A stretch of DNA of 31,159 nucleotides, taken from the NCBI GenBank assembly GCA_964645485.1, contig CAZXZO010000021.1:1-31159 (forward strand). Reading direction: 5' to 3'. The notes under the pieces are model-generated. The model ran no database searches, had not been told where the DNA came from, and saw only the letters and a list, made by a program, of their open reading frames with translations. Positions within the stretch are counted from its first letter, which is position 1. Each line of letters begins with the position of its first letter. The position numbers and the translations under genes are program-made. This document shows positions 17,949 to 25,666 of this stretch, one piece after another. Source of the stretch: an uncultured Candidatus Poseidoniales archaeon (GTDB taxonomy: Archaea > Thermoplasmatota > Poseidoniia > Poseidoniales > Thalassarchaeaceae).

Positions 17949-18920
17949 CTAAATTCTAAAATCACTAAACAAGGTAACCCCTTCAAAAAGGGACAGCCAA
18001 ACAAATCCAAGTGCAATGAGCATGAAAATGAAATTGAGGATGAGTTCCTGCCACCACTTCATTGTGTAATTCTTGCGAAGGATGCCAATATCCTCGAGTT
18101 TCTCAATTGCCATCTCACGGAATCCTTGAAATTTCTCATGCCTCCAAACGAACAGATGGAAACAACCGGTTGCGATTATTACAAGAATTATGAGGTCGAG
18201 AAAACCGAAATACCACGGCACACCGATGAGTAGAGCGGCCACTGGGCCCACCTTGATGAGTTCGTAATGTGATGAATAGAACCCCTTCTTCTTCATGAAA
18301 ATGAACTTACCAAATCGGAGCGGAACTTTGGGCCTGACTCGAATCTTTGAAGAATCACCATACTTCTTTCCCGGATGTGGTTCATCATTGTAGGGCCACC
18401 AGAACTGTGACATGTTGGCCACCTCGAACTCCAACTTGCATTGCGGGCATTTGACGGGAATCACACGGTTCCAAAGAAATGTGAAGAAATTTTCTGCGTA
18501 TCCCTTAGAATCCATACCAGGTTTTCCTTGATGAATACATCCAGGGCATTGTAAGTCAACTGCACCAGGATGATTGTAACCAGCCAACCATAATGCGGCC
18601 CCGATGTGGTAGATTGGCACGCCGACAATCGCTGCAAATATCACGAGTGCAAATGGGCCACCAGAATCTGGCCAATTACCCTCTAGGTGATTGTAAACAA
18701 CCCATGCGCAGAACGGTATGTAGAGTAAGATGAAGACTTTCAATTGGATGTACGGTCTAAGATTCGTGTAGGGATTCCAATCCCCATACACTTCTTCCTC
18801 GGTTTTCCCGGAGGGCAGCCAAGAATCATCCTTTTCAGCCGCCTTCTTCACTTTCTTCACGGCGCGTTTGATTTGGTACTTGTCATCACTCAAACCGACG
18901 CCGTCTTCCCACCATGCCAT
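17949..18920 (-). CDS. Hypothetical multi-pass membrane protein with a CxxC...CxxC pair
   Basis: 323-aa ORF with about five hydrophobic segments; LQCPGCIH and VKCPQCKL lie in the loop after the first TM pair. Confidence 0.75.
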   Translation of the reverse strand: MAWWEDGVGLSDDKYQIKRAVKKVKKAAEKDDSWLPSGKTEEEVYGDWNPYTNLRPYIQLKVFILLYIPFCAWVVYNHLEGNWPDSGGPFALVIFAAIVGVPIYHIGAALWLAGYNHPGAVDLQCPGCIHQGKPGMDSKGYAENFFTFLWNRVIPVKCPQCKLEFEVANMSQFWWPYNDEPHPGKKYGDSSKIRVRPKVPLRFGKFIFMKKKGFYSSHYELIKVGPVAALLIGVPWYFGFLDLIILVIIATGCFHLFVWRHEKFQGFREMAIEKLEDIGILRKNYTMKWWQELILNFIFMLIALGFVWLSLFEGVTLFSDFRI

Positions 18921-19126
18921 CAGACAAGCTGATTTTTTTTCACCATGATAAGTGTTTTACCTGCATCTGGCAGAGTTCATGCCTTCAACAAATAAAAAAA
19001 TCGAATCGCAAATTGCAATCTAGCGCTTCTGTATACGGCTAGTCCATTCATCGATGCCAATGTGGAGGCGCTGTTGCGGCAGCCCCTGTTAGAATAAAAT
19101 GCTTCAATTTTCTAATTAATTTCATC

Positions 19127-19273
19127 TTAATTCCATCCCTTCCAAATCCGCATTGCTCTCCAGTTTGCAATTGTGCGTTGACGACGAGCTTCACGCTCTT
19201 GATTTGCCTTCAACCTCGCACTTTCACTATCCAACCATTCTTCTAACCAAACATCCATACTCATAGCCTCCAT
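19127..19273 (-). CDS. Unannotated small protein (48 aa or slightly shorter), Trp/Arg/Glu-rich helical
   Basis: MEAMSMDVWLEEWLDSESARLKANQEREARRQRTIANWRAMRIWKGWN*. GGAGG precedes the downstream in-frame ATGs. The TATA-like element at 19309-19315 is equidistant from this ATG and the HxlR ATG. Confidence 0.5.
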   Translation of the reverse strand: MEAMSMDVWLEEWLDSESARLKANQEREARRQRTIANWRAMRIWKGWN

Positions 19274-19308
19274 TTTTGCCTCTTGGGCAATTAATAGGTG
19301 TAGCCCGC

Positions 19309-19315
19309 TTTATAT
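19309..19315. promoter_or_regulatory. Putative bidirectional TATA box (TTTATAT)
   Basis: Centre 19312 is exactly 39 bp from ATG 19273 (-) and from ATG 19351 (+). Confidence 0.45.
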
Positions 19316-19350
19316 GAACCATGGAGTGAAGTAGGGTAAATCTAAGTGCA

Positions 19351-19848
19351 ATGACTACACCACATAACATTAGCAACACCGGAGTTGAAGTAATGCCAGA
19401 ACCACCGATGATCCTCAATGATGATGAATATGATGAGGTTGCGAAAGCAATTGTTTTGACCGAAGAATTAGGTGCAAAAGTTCGCAAATTATTCCGTAAT
19501 AATTCGGATGAGGTTGTTCATGATATATCGTGGGAAGTAGATGCTGCGGTTGAAGCGTTAGATGTGTTTGCATCACGCTGGACAATTGAAATTCTAGCCA
19601 CACTCTATATCGCGGGTGAACGACGTTTCAATGAACTACGACGACTTCTAGAAGGTATCTCGAGTAGAACCTTGTCTGATAAACTGACTAGCCTCAGATT
19701 GTCTGGTTTTGTAGACCGTATAGTTGTAGATGGCCCTCCGGTAAAAGTTACATACAAACTTACCGAACATGGAGAACGTTCTGGACGCTTATTGAGCCCG
19801 TTAGTTGCCTACATGAAACTCAACAATGAGAGTGTAAAGAAAAGTTGA
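19351..19848 (+). CDS. HxlR-family winged-helix transcription regulator
   Basis: SRWTIEIL...RRFNELRRLLEGISSRTLSDKL..L...GFVDR......PVKVTYKLTEHG.. Confidence 0.88.
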   Translation: MTTPHNISNTGVEVMPEPPMILNDDEYDEVAKAIVLTEELGAKVRKLFRNNSDEVVHDISWEVDAAVEALDVFASRWTIEILATLYIAGERRFNELRRLLEGISSRTLSDKLTSLRLSGFVDRIVVDGPPVKVTYKLTEHGERSGRLLSPLVAYMKLNNESVKKS

Positions 19849-19861
19849 AATTTCGTCTAAA

Positions 19862-20563
19862 ATGGAGGTCACAGCACCAACACCTACAATAGGGACCGGC
19901 GACAGAAGAAATCCTATGGCACTACTGAAGCAGTTAGGAAGCCGTCATGCCCTAATCGGCGTAGCGGTTGCCGGATTGACTGGTTTGGGTTCATTGACGG
20001 CTGGTATTTTGCCATGGAATTGGTCAATGTCTGGCACCATCAGTTCATCTCACAATCGCAGTTGGGAACACCCATTGAGAAGCAAAATTCTCGATGCTCT
20101 TGACTCAAACCCGGGTATTTGTTACCGCCAATTACAACGTAATCTAAATGTTGCAAACGGCACTTTGCGGCATCACCTTGATGTATTGCAGACACAAAAA
20201 ACGGTTACTACAATGCCAGTAAATGGTAGAACTTGCTATTACGCGGGAGCACCAAGTCAGATTGAGATTCTTAGAGATATGAATATTGAGGATGAGAAAG
20301 CAGCAGAAATGCTTCCGGTTGGACTTTCACAAGTACAACGAGAAGTCGTTACACGCCTTGTCCAAGACCCACTACCAAAATCCCAAGCCTCACTAGCGCG
20401 CGACATTAGTCGTAGTCGTGCCTCAGTAAATAGCGCAGTACTCGTGCTTCGCCGACGAGGGATTCTATCCTGCACCCATTTAGATTTGGCAAACCACCTA
20501 CACGGTCTACGCACTGGTGCACTTGATTACGAGTGGATTGATGAGCGACCAATCGCAGCATGA
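19862..20563 (+). CDS. Winged-helix regulator with an N-terminal hydrophobic segment and two HTH modules
   Basis: Hydrophobic ALIGVAVAGLTGLGSLTAGILPW; HTH1 HPLRSKILDALDSNPGICYRQLQRNLNVANGTLRHHLDVL; HTH2 KSQASLARDISRSRASVNSAVLVLRRRGIL. Starts 13 bp after the HxlR stop. Confidence 0.75.
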   Translation: MEVTAPTPTIGTGDRRNPMALLKQLGSRHALIGVAVAGLTGLGSLTAGILPWNWSMSGTISSSHNRSWEHPLRSKILDALDSNPGICYRQLQRNLNVANGTLRHHLDVLQTQKTVTTMPVNGRTCYYAGAPSQIEILRDMNIEDEKAAEMLPVGLSQVQREVVTRLVQDPLPKSQASLARDISRSRASVNSAVLVLRRRGILSCTHLDLANHLHGLRTGALDYEWIDERPIAA

Positions 20564-20579
20564 ATCCCCAATTCGAAAG

Positions 20580-20681
20580 TGAATTAATAGTGAATTTACT
20601 CACTCTGAGCAGGGTCACACCTACTTAGTAACATAAATCATCGATTCGTGAATGAATTAATAGTGAATTTACTCACTCTGA
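20580..20681. repeat. Perfect 29-bp direct repeat TGAATTAATAGTGAATTTACTCACTCTGA x2, period 73 bp, each containing AGTGA-N6-TCACT
   Basis: Copies at 20580-20608 and 20653-20681, with a 44-bp spacer. Confidence 0.95.
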
Positions 20682-20765
20682 AAGAGGGCGCTTCGCGTTA
20701 AGTAGTCCTGAATCAACAAATAGCAACAATAGCACTTAGAACCGACGGACTTCGCCAATGACTAG

Positions 20766-21848
20766 ATGTTGAGACTCCGCCTTGAGCAACACCCTGCTCC
20801 CACTGGCAAGAAAGATGCTGACATGCTACTCGCATGGCTGCTCGACACATTGGGATTGGTGCGCCGACGAAATGATACCAATTCTACAGATGCCATTCAA
20901 CGCCCACTGCACAGATTGATGCGAGATCATTTGGTAAAAGAACCAATGAAAGGCGTTGATGCAAAGACTTTAGCAGACCAACTCGGAATCAGTATGACTG
21001 CTCTTCACCACCATCTGAAAGGACTTCAATCGGTAAGAATTGTAGCCTCCGAAATTGGTGAAAACGGATGGCAGATGCATCACCTCCGTTGTGGCTCTCT
21101 TGAGGCAGCCATTGACCTACTGCACCTAGAAGTTAGAGGAATTCTCGCCCTACGCCTTGCTCCACTCAAAGAATGGCAAACTGGCTCAGTAACTCAAGAA
21201 GGGGACGATGAAATAGAGAGTTTAGACCTAAAACTGAGTATTTGCGAACCTCGGCCACTACAAGGAAAAGAAGATGAAATTGATGCCTTTCTAAACGACT
21301 TTGGCCTGCGGGGGGAACGTCCAAAAAAACGAAGTGGACAAGATTTAACACGCCTTGTTTTTGAAAAAATGCTGACTGCAAATCACCCTATTTCCTTAGA
21401 TGAGGCGGTCTCTGAATGGGGCGCTACCCGCCCAAGACTGACAAGAACTTTTGACCGATTCAGAGCCGCTGGTTTGGCAGAACGTGTACTACGCCATGAC
21501 CGACTTTCAGTAATTCTCTGGGATGGACTCTCGAGCCAATATACTAGACGGGGGGAAGAGTGGTTACTCACTAAAGGTGGATTGAGTAGATTAGACGACA
21601 AGGTGGTTAAACAGGTCACAAAATCTCTGCGTGAAAACAAATTTGATTCCGAGCGCTGTGCAAAACTTTTCTCTTCGGTGAGCATTGAAGACCAACGTTT
21701 GGCCATTAACCTCCTAGGTGGGAGATTACCATACGGATACAGACTATCGGGAAGTACCGGGGAAGATGTATCGCGCCAAGTTTCACAAAGGGTTGAGAGC
21801 GTATTCAGCCGGTTGAAGCGGGTTGCTTCCACCATTGATGACTTGTGA
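20766..21848 (+). CDS. ArsR-like helix-turn-helix protein with an internally duplicated wHTH module
   Basis: Module 1: LLAWLLDTLGL...DAKTLADQLGISMTALHHHLKGL. Module 2: IDAFLNDFGL...ISLDEAVSEWGATRPRLTRTFDRFRAAGL. Confidence 0.75.
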   Translation: MLRLRLEQHPAPTGKKDADMLLAWLLDTLGLVRRRNDTNSTDAIQRPLHRLMRDHLVKEPMKGVDAKTLADQLGISMTALHHHLKGLQSVRIVASEIGENGWQMHHLRCGSLEAAIDLLHLEVRGILALRLAPLKEWQTGSVTQEGDDEIESLDLKLSICEPRPLQGKEDEIDAFLNDFGLRGERPKKRSGQDLTRLVFEKMLTANHPISLDEAVSEWGATRPRLTRTFDRFRAAGLAERVLRHDRLSVILWDGLSSQYTRRGEEWLLTKGGLSRLDDKVVKQVTKSLRENKFDSERCAKLFSSVSIEDQRLAINLLGGRLPYGYRLSGSTGEDVSRQVSQRVESVFSRLKRVASTIDDL

Positions 21849-21852
21849 ATCA

Positions 21853-22860
21853 TTATTGATTAATTTGGGCATTTTTTACTAAATTTGTAAGGAATTCTTC
21901 AACTGATTTCGACACCTGTTTTGCTTCTCTATTGGTATGTAATTGGGTTCGGAATGCCTTTCCTCCGGGCAATCCTTTGGTGAAAGAAAAGGCGTGACGT
22001 AAGCGGTTTTTACTGCTGTCTTCACTACTTAGACTACTGTCAAGTTCGATGTACCTCTTCCAAGCCCACAATCTGGCTACAAGTGTTTCCCCGGCTTGGT
22101 CGCTGAATTCCATATCCGCCCATTTTGGCTCCGAATTATTCCATCCAAGATCTCTCTTGATTTGATGAAAAATTGTTGGCCGGCCGATTGCTGCTCTTCC
22201 TATCATTAGGCCGGCCGCACCTGTTGCCTGCAAGCAGGCTGCCGCGGAATCTGCATCCACAACGTCCCCATTCGCTATCACCGGGATTTCAACCGCATTC
22301 ACAATCTCTGCAATTGCCTGCCAATCTGCCTCCCCTGAATATCGCTGACGTAGCGTTCTTCCATGTACGCATATTCTCTCTGCGCCAACATCCTCGCAGC
22401 GCTTGGCGAGTTCTAATGCATTAGTCAATCCATTACCAGTACCGAGTCTCATCTTTACTGTGACTGGCAATTGTGAGGATTCGACACATCTCTCAACCAT
22501 GCCAACTAATTCATCTGGCTTCCCCATTAATGCAGCACCAGCACAATGCCTTGTCACAACCGGTGCTGGACAACCGAAATTCAAATCAATAATATCGGCT
22601 TTCTCCTGAAGAAGTTCACAACTTTTTACCATCTCATCGATATTTCCGCCAAATATTTGTGGAATGAATGGTTTTTCACGCTCATCGCTTTCAAGTTTCA
22701 ACCAACTCTTGGCATCTTGGCGCGTCAAAGCAGCCGCAGCGGTGAATTCAGTAATAGTGAAATCTGCACCACATTCTCTTGCTAACAGGCGATAAGCAAG
22801 CCCTGTGACCCCTGACATTGGGGCAAGAAAGAGCGGAACTTGTTCAACCTCTAAGGCCAT
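21853..22860 (-). CDS. dusB: tRNA-dihydrouridine synthase, DusB-like
   Basis: LAPMSG, QIFG, IDLNFGCP, GAALM, VTVKMRLG, VHGRT, ADW..IA, VIANGDV, GLMIGRAAIGRP. Subfamily assignment (B vs A/C) is by resemblance only. Confidence 0.85.
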   Translation of the reverse strand: MALEVEQVPLFLAPMSGVTGLAYRLLARECGADFTITEFTAAAALTRQDAKSWLKLESDEREKPFIPQIFGGNIDEMVKSCELLQEKADIIDLNFGCPAPVVTRHCAGAALMGKPDELVGMVERCVESSQLPVTVKMRLGTGNGLTNALELAKRCEDVGAERICVHGRTLRQRYSGEADWQAIAEIVNAVEIPVIANGDVVDADSAAACLQATGAAGLMIGRAAIGRPTIFHQIKRDLGWNNSEPKWADMEFSDQAGETLVARLWAWKRYIELDSSLSSEDSSKNRLRHAFSFTKGLPGGKAFRTQLHTNREAKQVSKSVEEFLTNLVKNAQINQ

Positions 22861-22961
22861 TAAACCGGTGGAGGGAGTGTCATGCTACTGAACTTACCCG
22901 CTCATTTATCAAAAATTGATGATAGAAGCGGTTATGAATGGTTGTCCGGTCGCCGAGCCGA

Positions 22962-23576
22962 ATGGCTGAACAGAGTGCTCCCCTGCTAGCGTACGAGGAC
23001 TATGAAGCGAACGCTGTGCACATAGGTACTCAGACAAAGAGTAAGGACATGCAGAACTTCATTTCCAAGACTGAAACTGATGGTGCAACAATCCACCTAA
23101 TTGACGTAACTAAGACTGACGAAAGAATCAGATTCGCTGCTAATTTCATCAATAATTACGAGGCGCGTGACATTCTTGTAGTCAGCGCTCGTCAATATGG
23201 ACAGCGCCCGGCTCGCATGTTTGCTCAAGCAATCGGTGCTCGCCAAATAGTTGGCAGATTTATCCCTGGTACTCTTACCAACCCTAATCTACGCACTTAC
23301 ATTGAACCACGAGTTATCTTCGTGACAGACCCGCAAGCAGACTCTCAAGCACTTTCAGAGGCTGTCAAGAGTGGTTTACCAGTAATTGGAATCTGTGATA
23401 CCAATAATCATCTTCGCAACGTTGACTTCTGCATCCCTGCTAACAACAAAGGTCGTAGAAGTCTAGCACTAGTTTACTGGCTGCTATCTCGTGAAATCCT
23501 CAAGGCTCGAGGGGAAACAGATGATGCTACATGGGCACATCACCAAAAAGTTGAGAATTGGGAATCTTCCTTCTAG
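22962..23576 (+). CDS. rps2: 30S ribosomal protein uS2, archaeal type
   Basis: VHIGTQTK, ILVVSARQYGQ, GRFIPGTLTNP, EP...VTDPQAD.QA..EA, CDTNN, IPANNKGRRSLALVYWLL.REIL. The start may be 22938 or 22962. Confidence 0.97.
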   Translation: MAEQSAPLLAYEDYEANAVHIGTQTKSKDMQNFISKTETDGATIHLIDVTKTDERIRFAANFINNYEARDILVVSARQYGQRPARMFAQAIGARQIVGRFIPGTLTNPNLRTYIEPRVIFVTDPQADSQALSEAVKSGLPVIGICDTNNHLRNVDFCIPANNKGRRSLALVYWLLSREILKARGETDDATWAHHQKVENWESSF

Positions 23577-23675
23577 ATTTAATCTAGATTCATCCTACGC
23601 TATCAAGCGAATTAATGCCTATGTCATCTGTATCATGCAGGCGCAATGCTCTTGACTGAGCCTGCTTAGTTAGTC

Positions 23676-24914
23676 ATGATGGGCGATTCTTCAAGTGCTG
23701 GTGACGCCCCTTCAGGTGACACTATTGCTCCTGATGATTCCTTATCATTCGAGGCGACAAGAAGTGATGATGGGATCTGGCGAGATTCAGAAGGCGTGGC
23801 ACTCCCTGTTTCAGCAAGCGACTTAGAGCGCCACGCTTACTGCCCTCTATCATGGCATTTAGCTCGCTCTGGAGTAAAAGGTGCTGGCGATGCCATTGAA
23901 CTTGGTAAACAACGTCACAAAGAAATTGAGGAAGCGATGTCAAACTACCAAAGCCAGGACCTGAAAGCAAGAAAAGAGATGGTCATATGGACGTGGTGGT
24001 TCGCTATTGTGGTAACATTAACCCTTGACACTGCTGCATTTTTCTTCGTGGAAGAGGGAGTGATTGCTGACAGCGACTTTGGCCTTTTTGCCCGTTATCT
24101 TGTCCTTCTAGCCTTGGTTTGGTTAATCTTAGCGATACTTCTCCTATTCATACCTTGGAGAAGATTCCTCGGAACACCTTTCGGATTGGCCCAACCACCA
24201 ACTCCCTCTGAATTTGATATTGTCGACCTTGAACTCTACCTCTTTGAGAAAGATAACTCCAATTCTAGTGGCTGGTGGTATGGTGGGAAAGTTGAGTTCA
24301 CAATCTTACTTGGAAGTTTGACGATTGCTCTGCATGGATTAGCACTTTTTGAGGCTCAAGAGCGCTCAATTGCAACTTTTGTGCTTTTGGTAGCCACTCT
24401 TGGCTGGACATTTATTGCATCTTGGCAACTTCATAAAGGATTACTGGCAAATATTCTTGCTGAAGAAAAAAGCAAGGAACTTGGAATGGACAGTGGTTCG
24501 GTGCTAGCATACAATGATGACTCCAACTCTTCTGAACTGCTGAAAGACGACGTCACGGGTATTAGAGGGCGCCCAGACCAAATCATCATATTCGAAAATG
24601 AGGTTGTTCCTGTTGAACAAAAAACGGGAAAAATTCCTGCACAACCACACTTAAGCCATAAAATCCAATTGTATGCCTACCTTCATCTTGTTTCTAAAAT
24701 AACTAATAATCAACTCAAATATGGAATTCTTCGTTACGGAGAAGATGTGATCCACAACATAGGTTGGGGAGAAGGGGAGAGTAAAGTCTTGATGACTCAT
24801 CTCAATGAAATTCAAAGATTGATGGTTGAAGGTGGCGCTAAAAGAGACCACAATAGGCCAGGAAAGTGCCGAAATTGCTCTCGTCGGCATCGCTGTCCAG
24901 AAGCCCTTGACTAA
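23676..24914 (+). CDS. Cas4-family PD-(D/E)XK nuclease with four Cys Fe-S ligands, interrupted by a four-TM insertion; no cas operon
   Basis: SASDLERHAYCP (C56), G.QRH (H81), GIRGRPD (D301), PVEQK (E314, K316), HKIQLYAY (Q331/Y335), C398-x2-C401-x5-C407. Hydrophobic helices at about aa 103-125, 137-160, 208-225 and 232-252. Confidence 0.85.
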   Translation: MMGDSSSAGDAPSGDTIAPDDSLSFEATRSDDGIWRDSEGVALPVSASDLERHAYCPLSWHLARSGVKGAGDAIELGKQRHKEIEEAMSNYQSQDLKARKEMVIWTWWFAIVVTLTLDTAAFFFVEEGVIADSDFGLFARYLVLLALVWLILAILLLFIPWRRFLGTPFGLAQPPTPSEFDIVDLELYLFEKDNSNSSGWWYGGKVEFTILLGSLTIALHGLALFEAQERSIATFVLLVATLGWTFIASWQLHKGLLANILAEEKSKELGMDSGSVLAYNDDSNSSELLKDDVTGIRGRPDQIIIFENEVVPVEQKTGKIPAQPHLSHKIQLYAYLHLVSKITNNQLKYGILRYGEDVIHNIGWGEGESKVLMTHLNEIQRLMVEGGAKRDHNRPGKCRNCSRRHRCPEALD

Positions 24915-25510
24915 ACAGGGATGCACTCGTCTGGGTCGGCTCGCTCAGGGAATTCAATGCAAGGGCGGATGACTGAAACGGAGACTTCAAACTCGTCGTG
25001 GAAGGAAATTTGGTCAATTGGAGTATCTAATCCATATCCTTGAGCGTCAACTTCTAGTTCCCAAACTCCAAACTCAAAGGGAGGGGAAAATCTCTGTAAT
25101 GGTGGGTAACGGTCGGTTGTGGCATTTTCTTCCCAATATGGAGTGTCGGTATTTTTGTTGGCACCAGGTTCCCATAGCATTGCATGGACGTATCTCACTG
25201 TGCTAGTGATATTACTAGTCTCAACTCCAGCGATTTCGCTGAAATCCATTTGCACGCGGAAGAATACCTGTATTTCTTTGACTTCTGAGTCGATACGAAT
25301 TTGATGTGGTTGTGGATGGAATATAATGTCTGCAGGGTCTGTAGAATCAAAGACATGGTCAAAACCCAATACAACGACATCATCTTTGGTTTCTGGAACA
25401 CCCCTATTCCACTCCATCAACTCTCTGCTTGCAACCAAACCAATACAACCCGAAAAGACACTCATTGAGAGTAGAATGGCGGCGAGGAAGAGGGGTTTGG
25501 CGGCTCTCAT
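24911..25510 (-). CDS. Putative archaeal lipoprotein
   Basis: Basic N-terminus, hydrophobic core and lipobox-like FSGC (Cys22). Stop overlaps the Cas4-like stop by 4 bp (convergent). Confidence 0.7.
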   Translation of the reverse strand: MRAAKPLFLAAILLSMSVFSGCIGLVASRELMEWNRGVPETKDDVVVLGFDHVFDSTDPADIIFHPQPHQIRIDSEVKEIQVFFRVQMDFSEIAGVETSNITSTVRYVHAMLWEPGANKNTDTPYWEENATTDRYPPLQRFSPPFEFGVWELEVDAQGYGLDTPIDQISFHDEFEVSVSVIRPCIEFPERADPDECIPV

Positions 25511-25666
25511 CTAACTGGCTTCAACCACCCCTTTCATTTCAAGGCGACGGATATTGGAGCGGTTCGGTGGCTAAGTTTGCCTGTCAGCACTCATAGGGGT
25601 CATCACGCTTGAAGCAGTCAAGACTCGTCATCATTCAGGCAATTAACGCCAGCAAGTGACCTAATT

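Noticed and set aside
18977-19051. Third tiny ORF overlapping the 25-codon ORF by ATGA
   Set aside because: 24 codons, no SD, and it contains the T7 run that more likely acts as a terminator.
20580-20681. CRISPR array (29-bp repeats, 44-bp spacer, Cas4-like gene 3 kb away)
   Set aside because: Only two repeats, no cas1/cas2 or effector genes in the window, similarity extends into the flanks as in a tandem duplication, and an operator-like palindrome explains the core. Kept as a repeat finding, not a CRISPR call.
23572-23590. TCTAGATT-T-AATCTAGA inverted/direct repeat at the rps2 stop
   Set aside because: AT-rich, 1-nt loop and self-palindromic core; not enough to call a terminator or operator.
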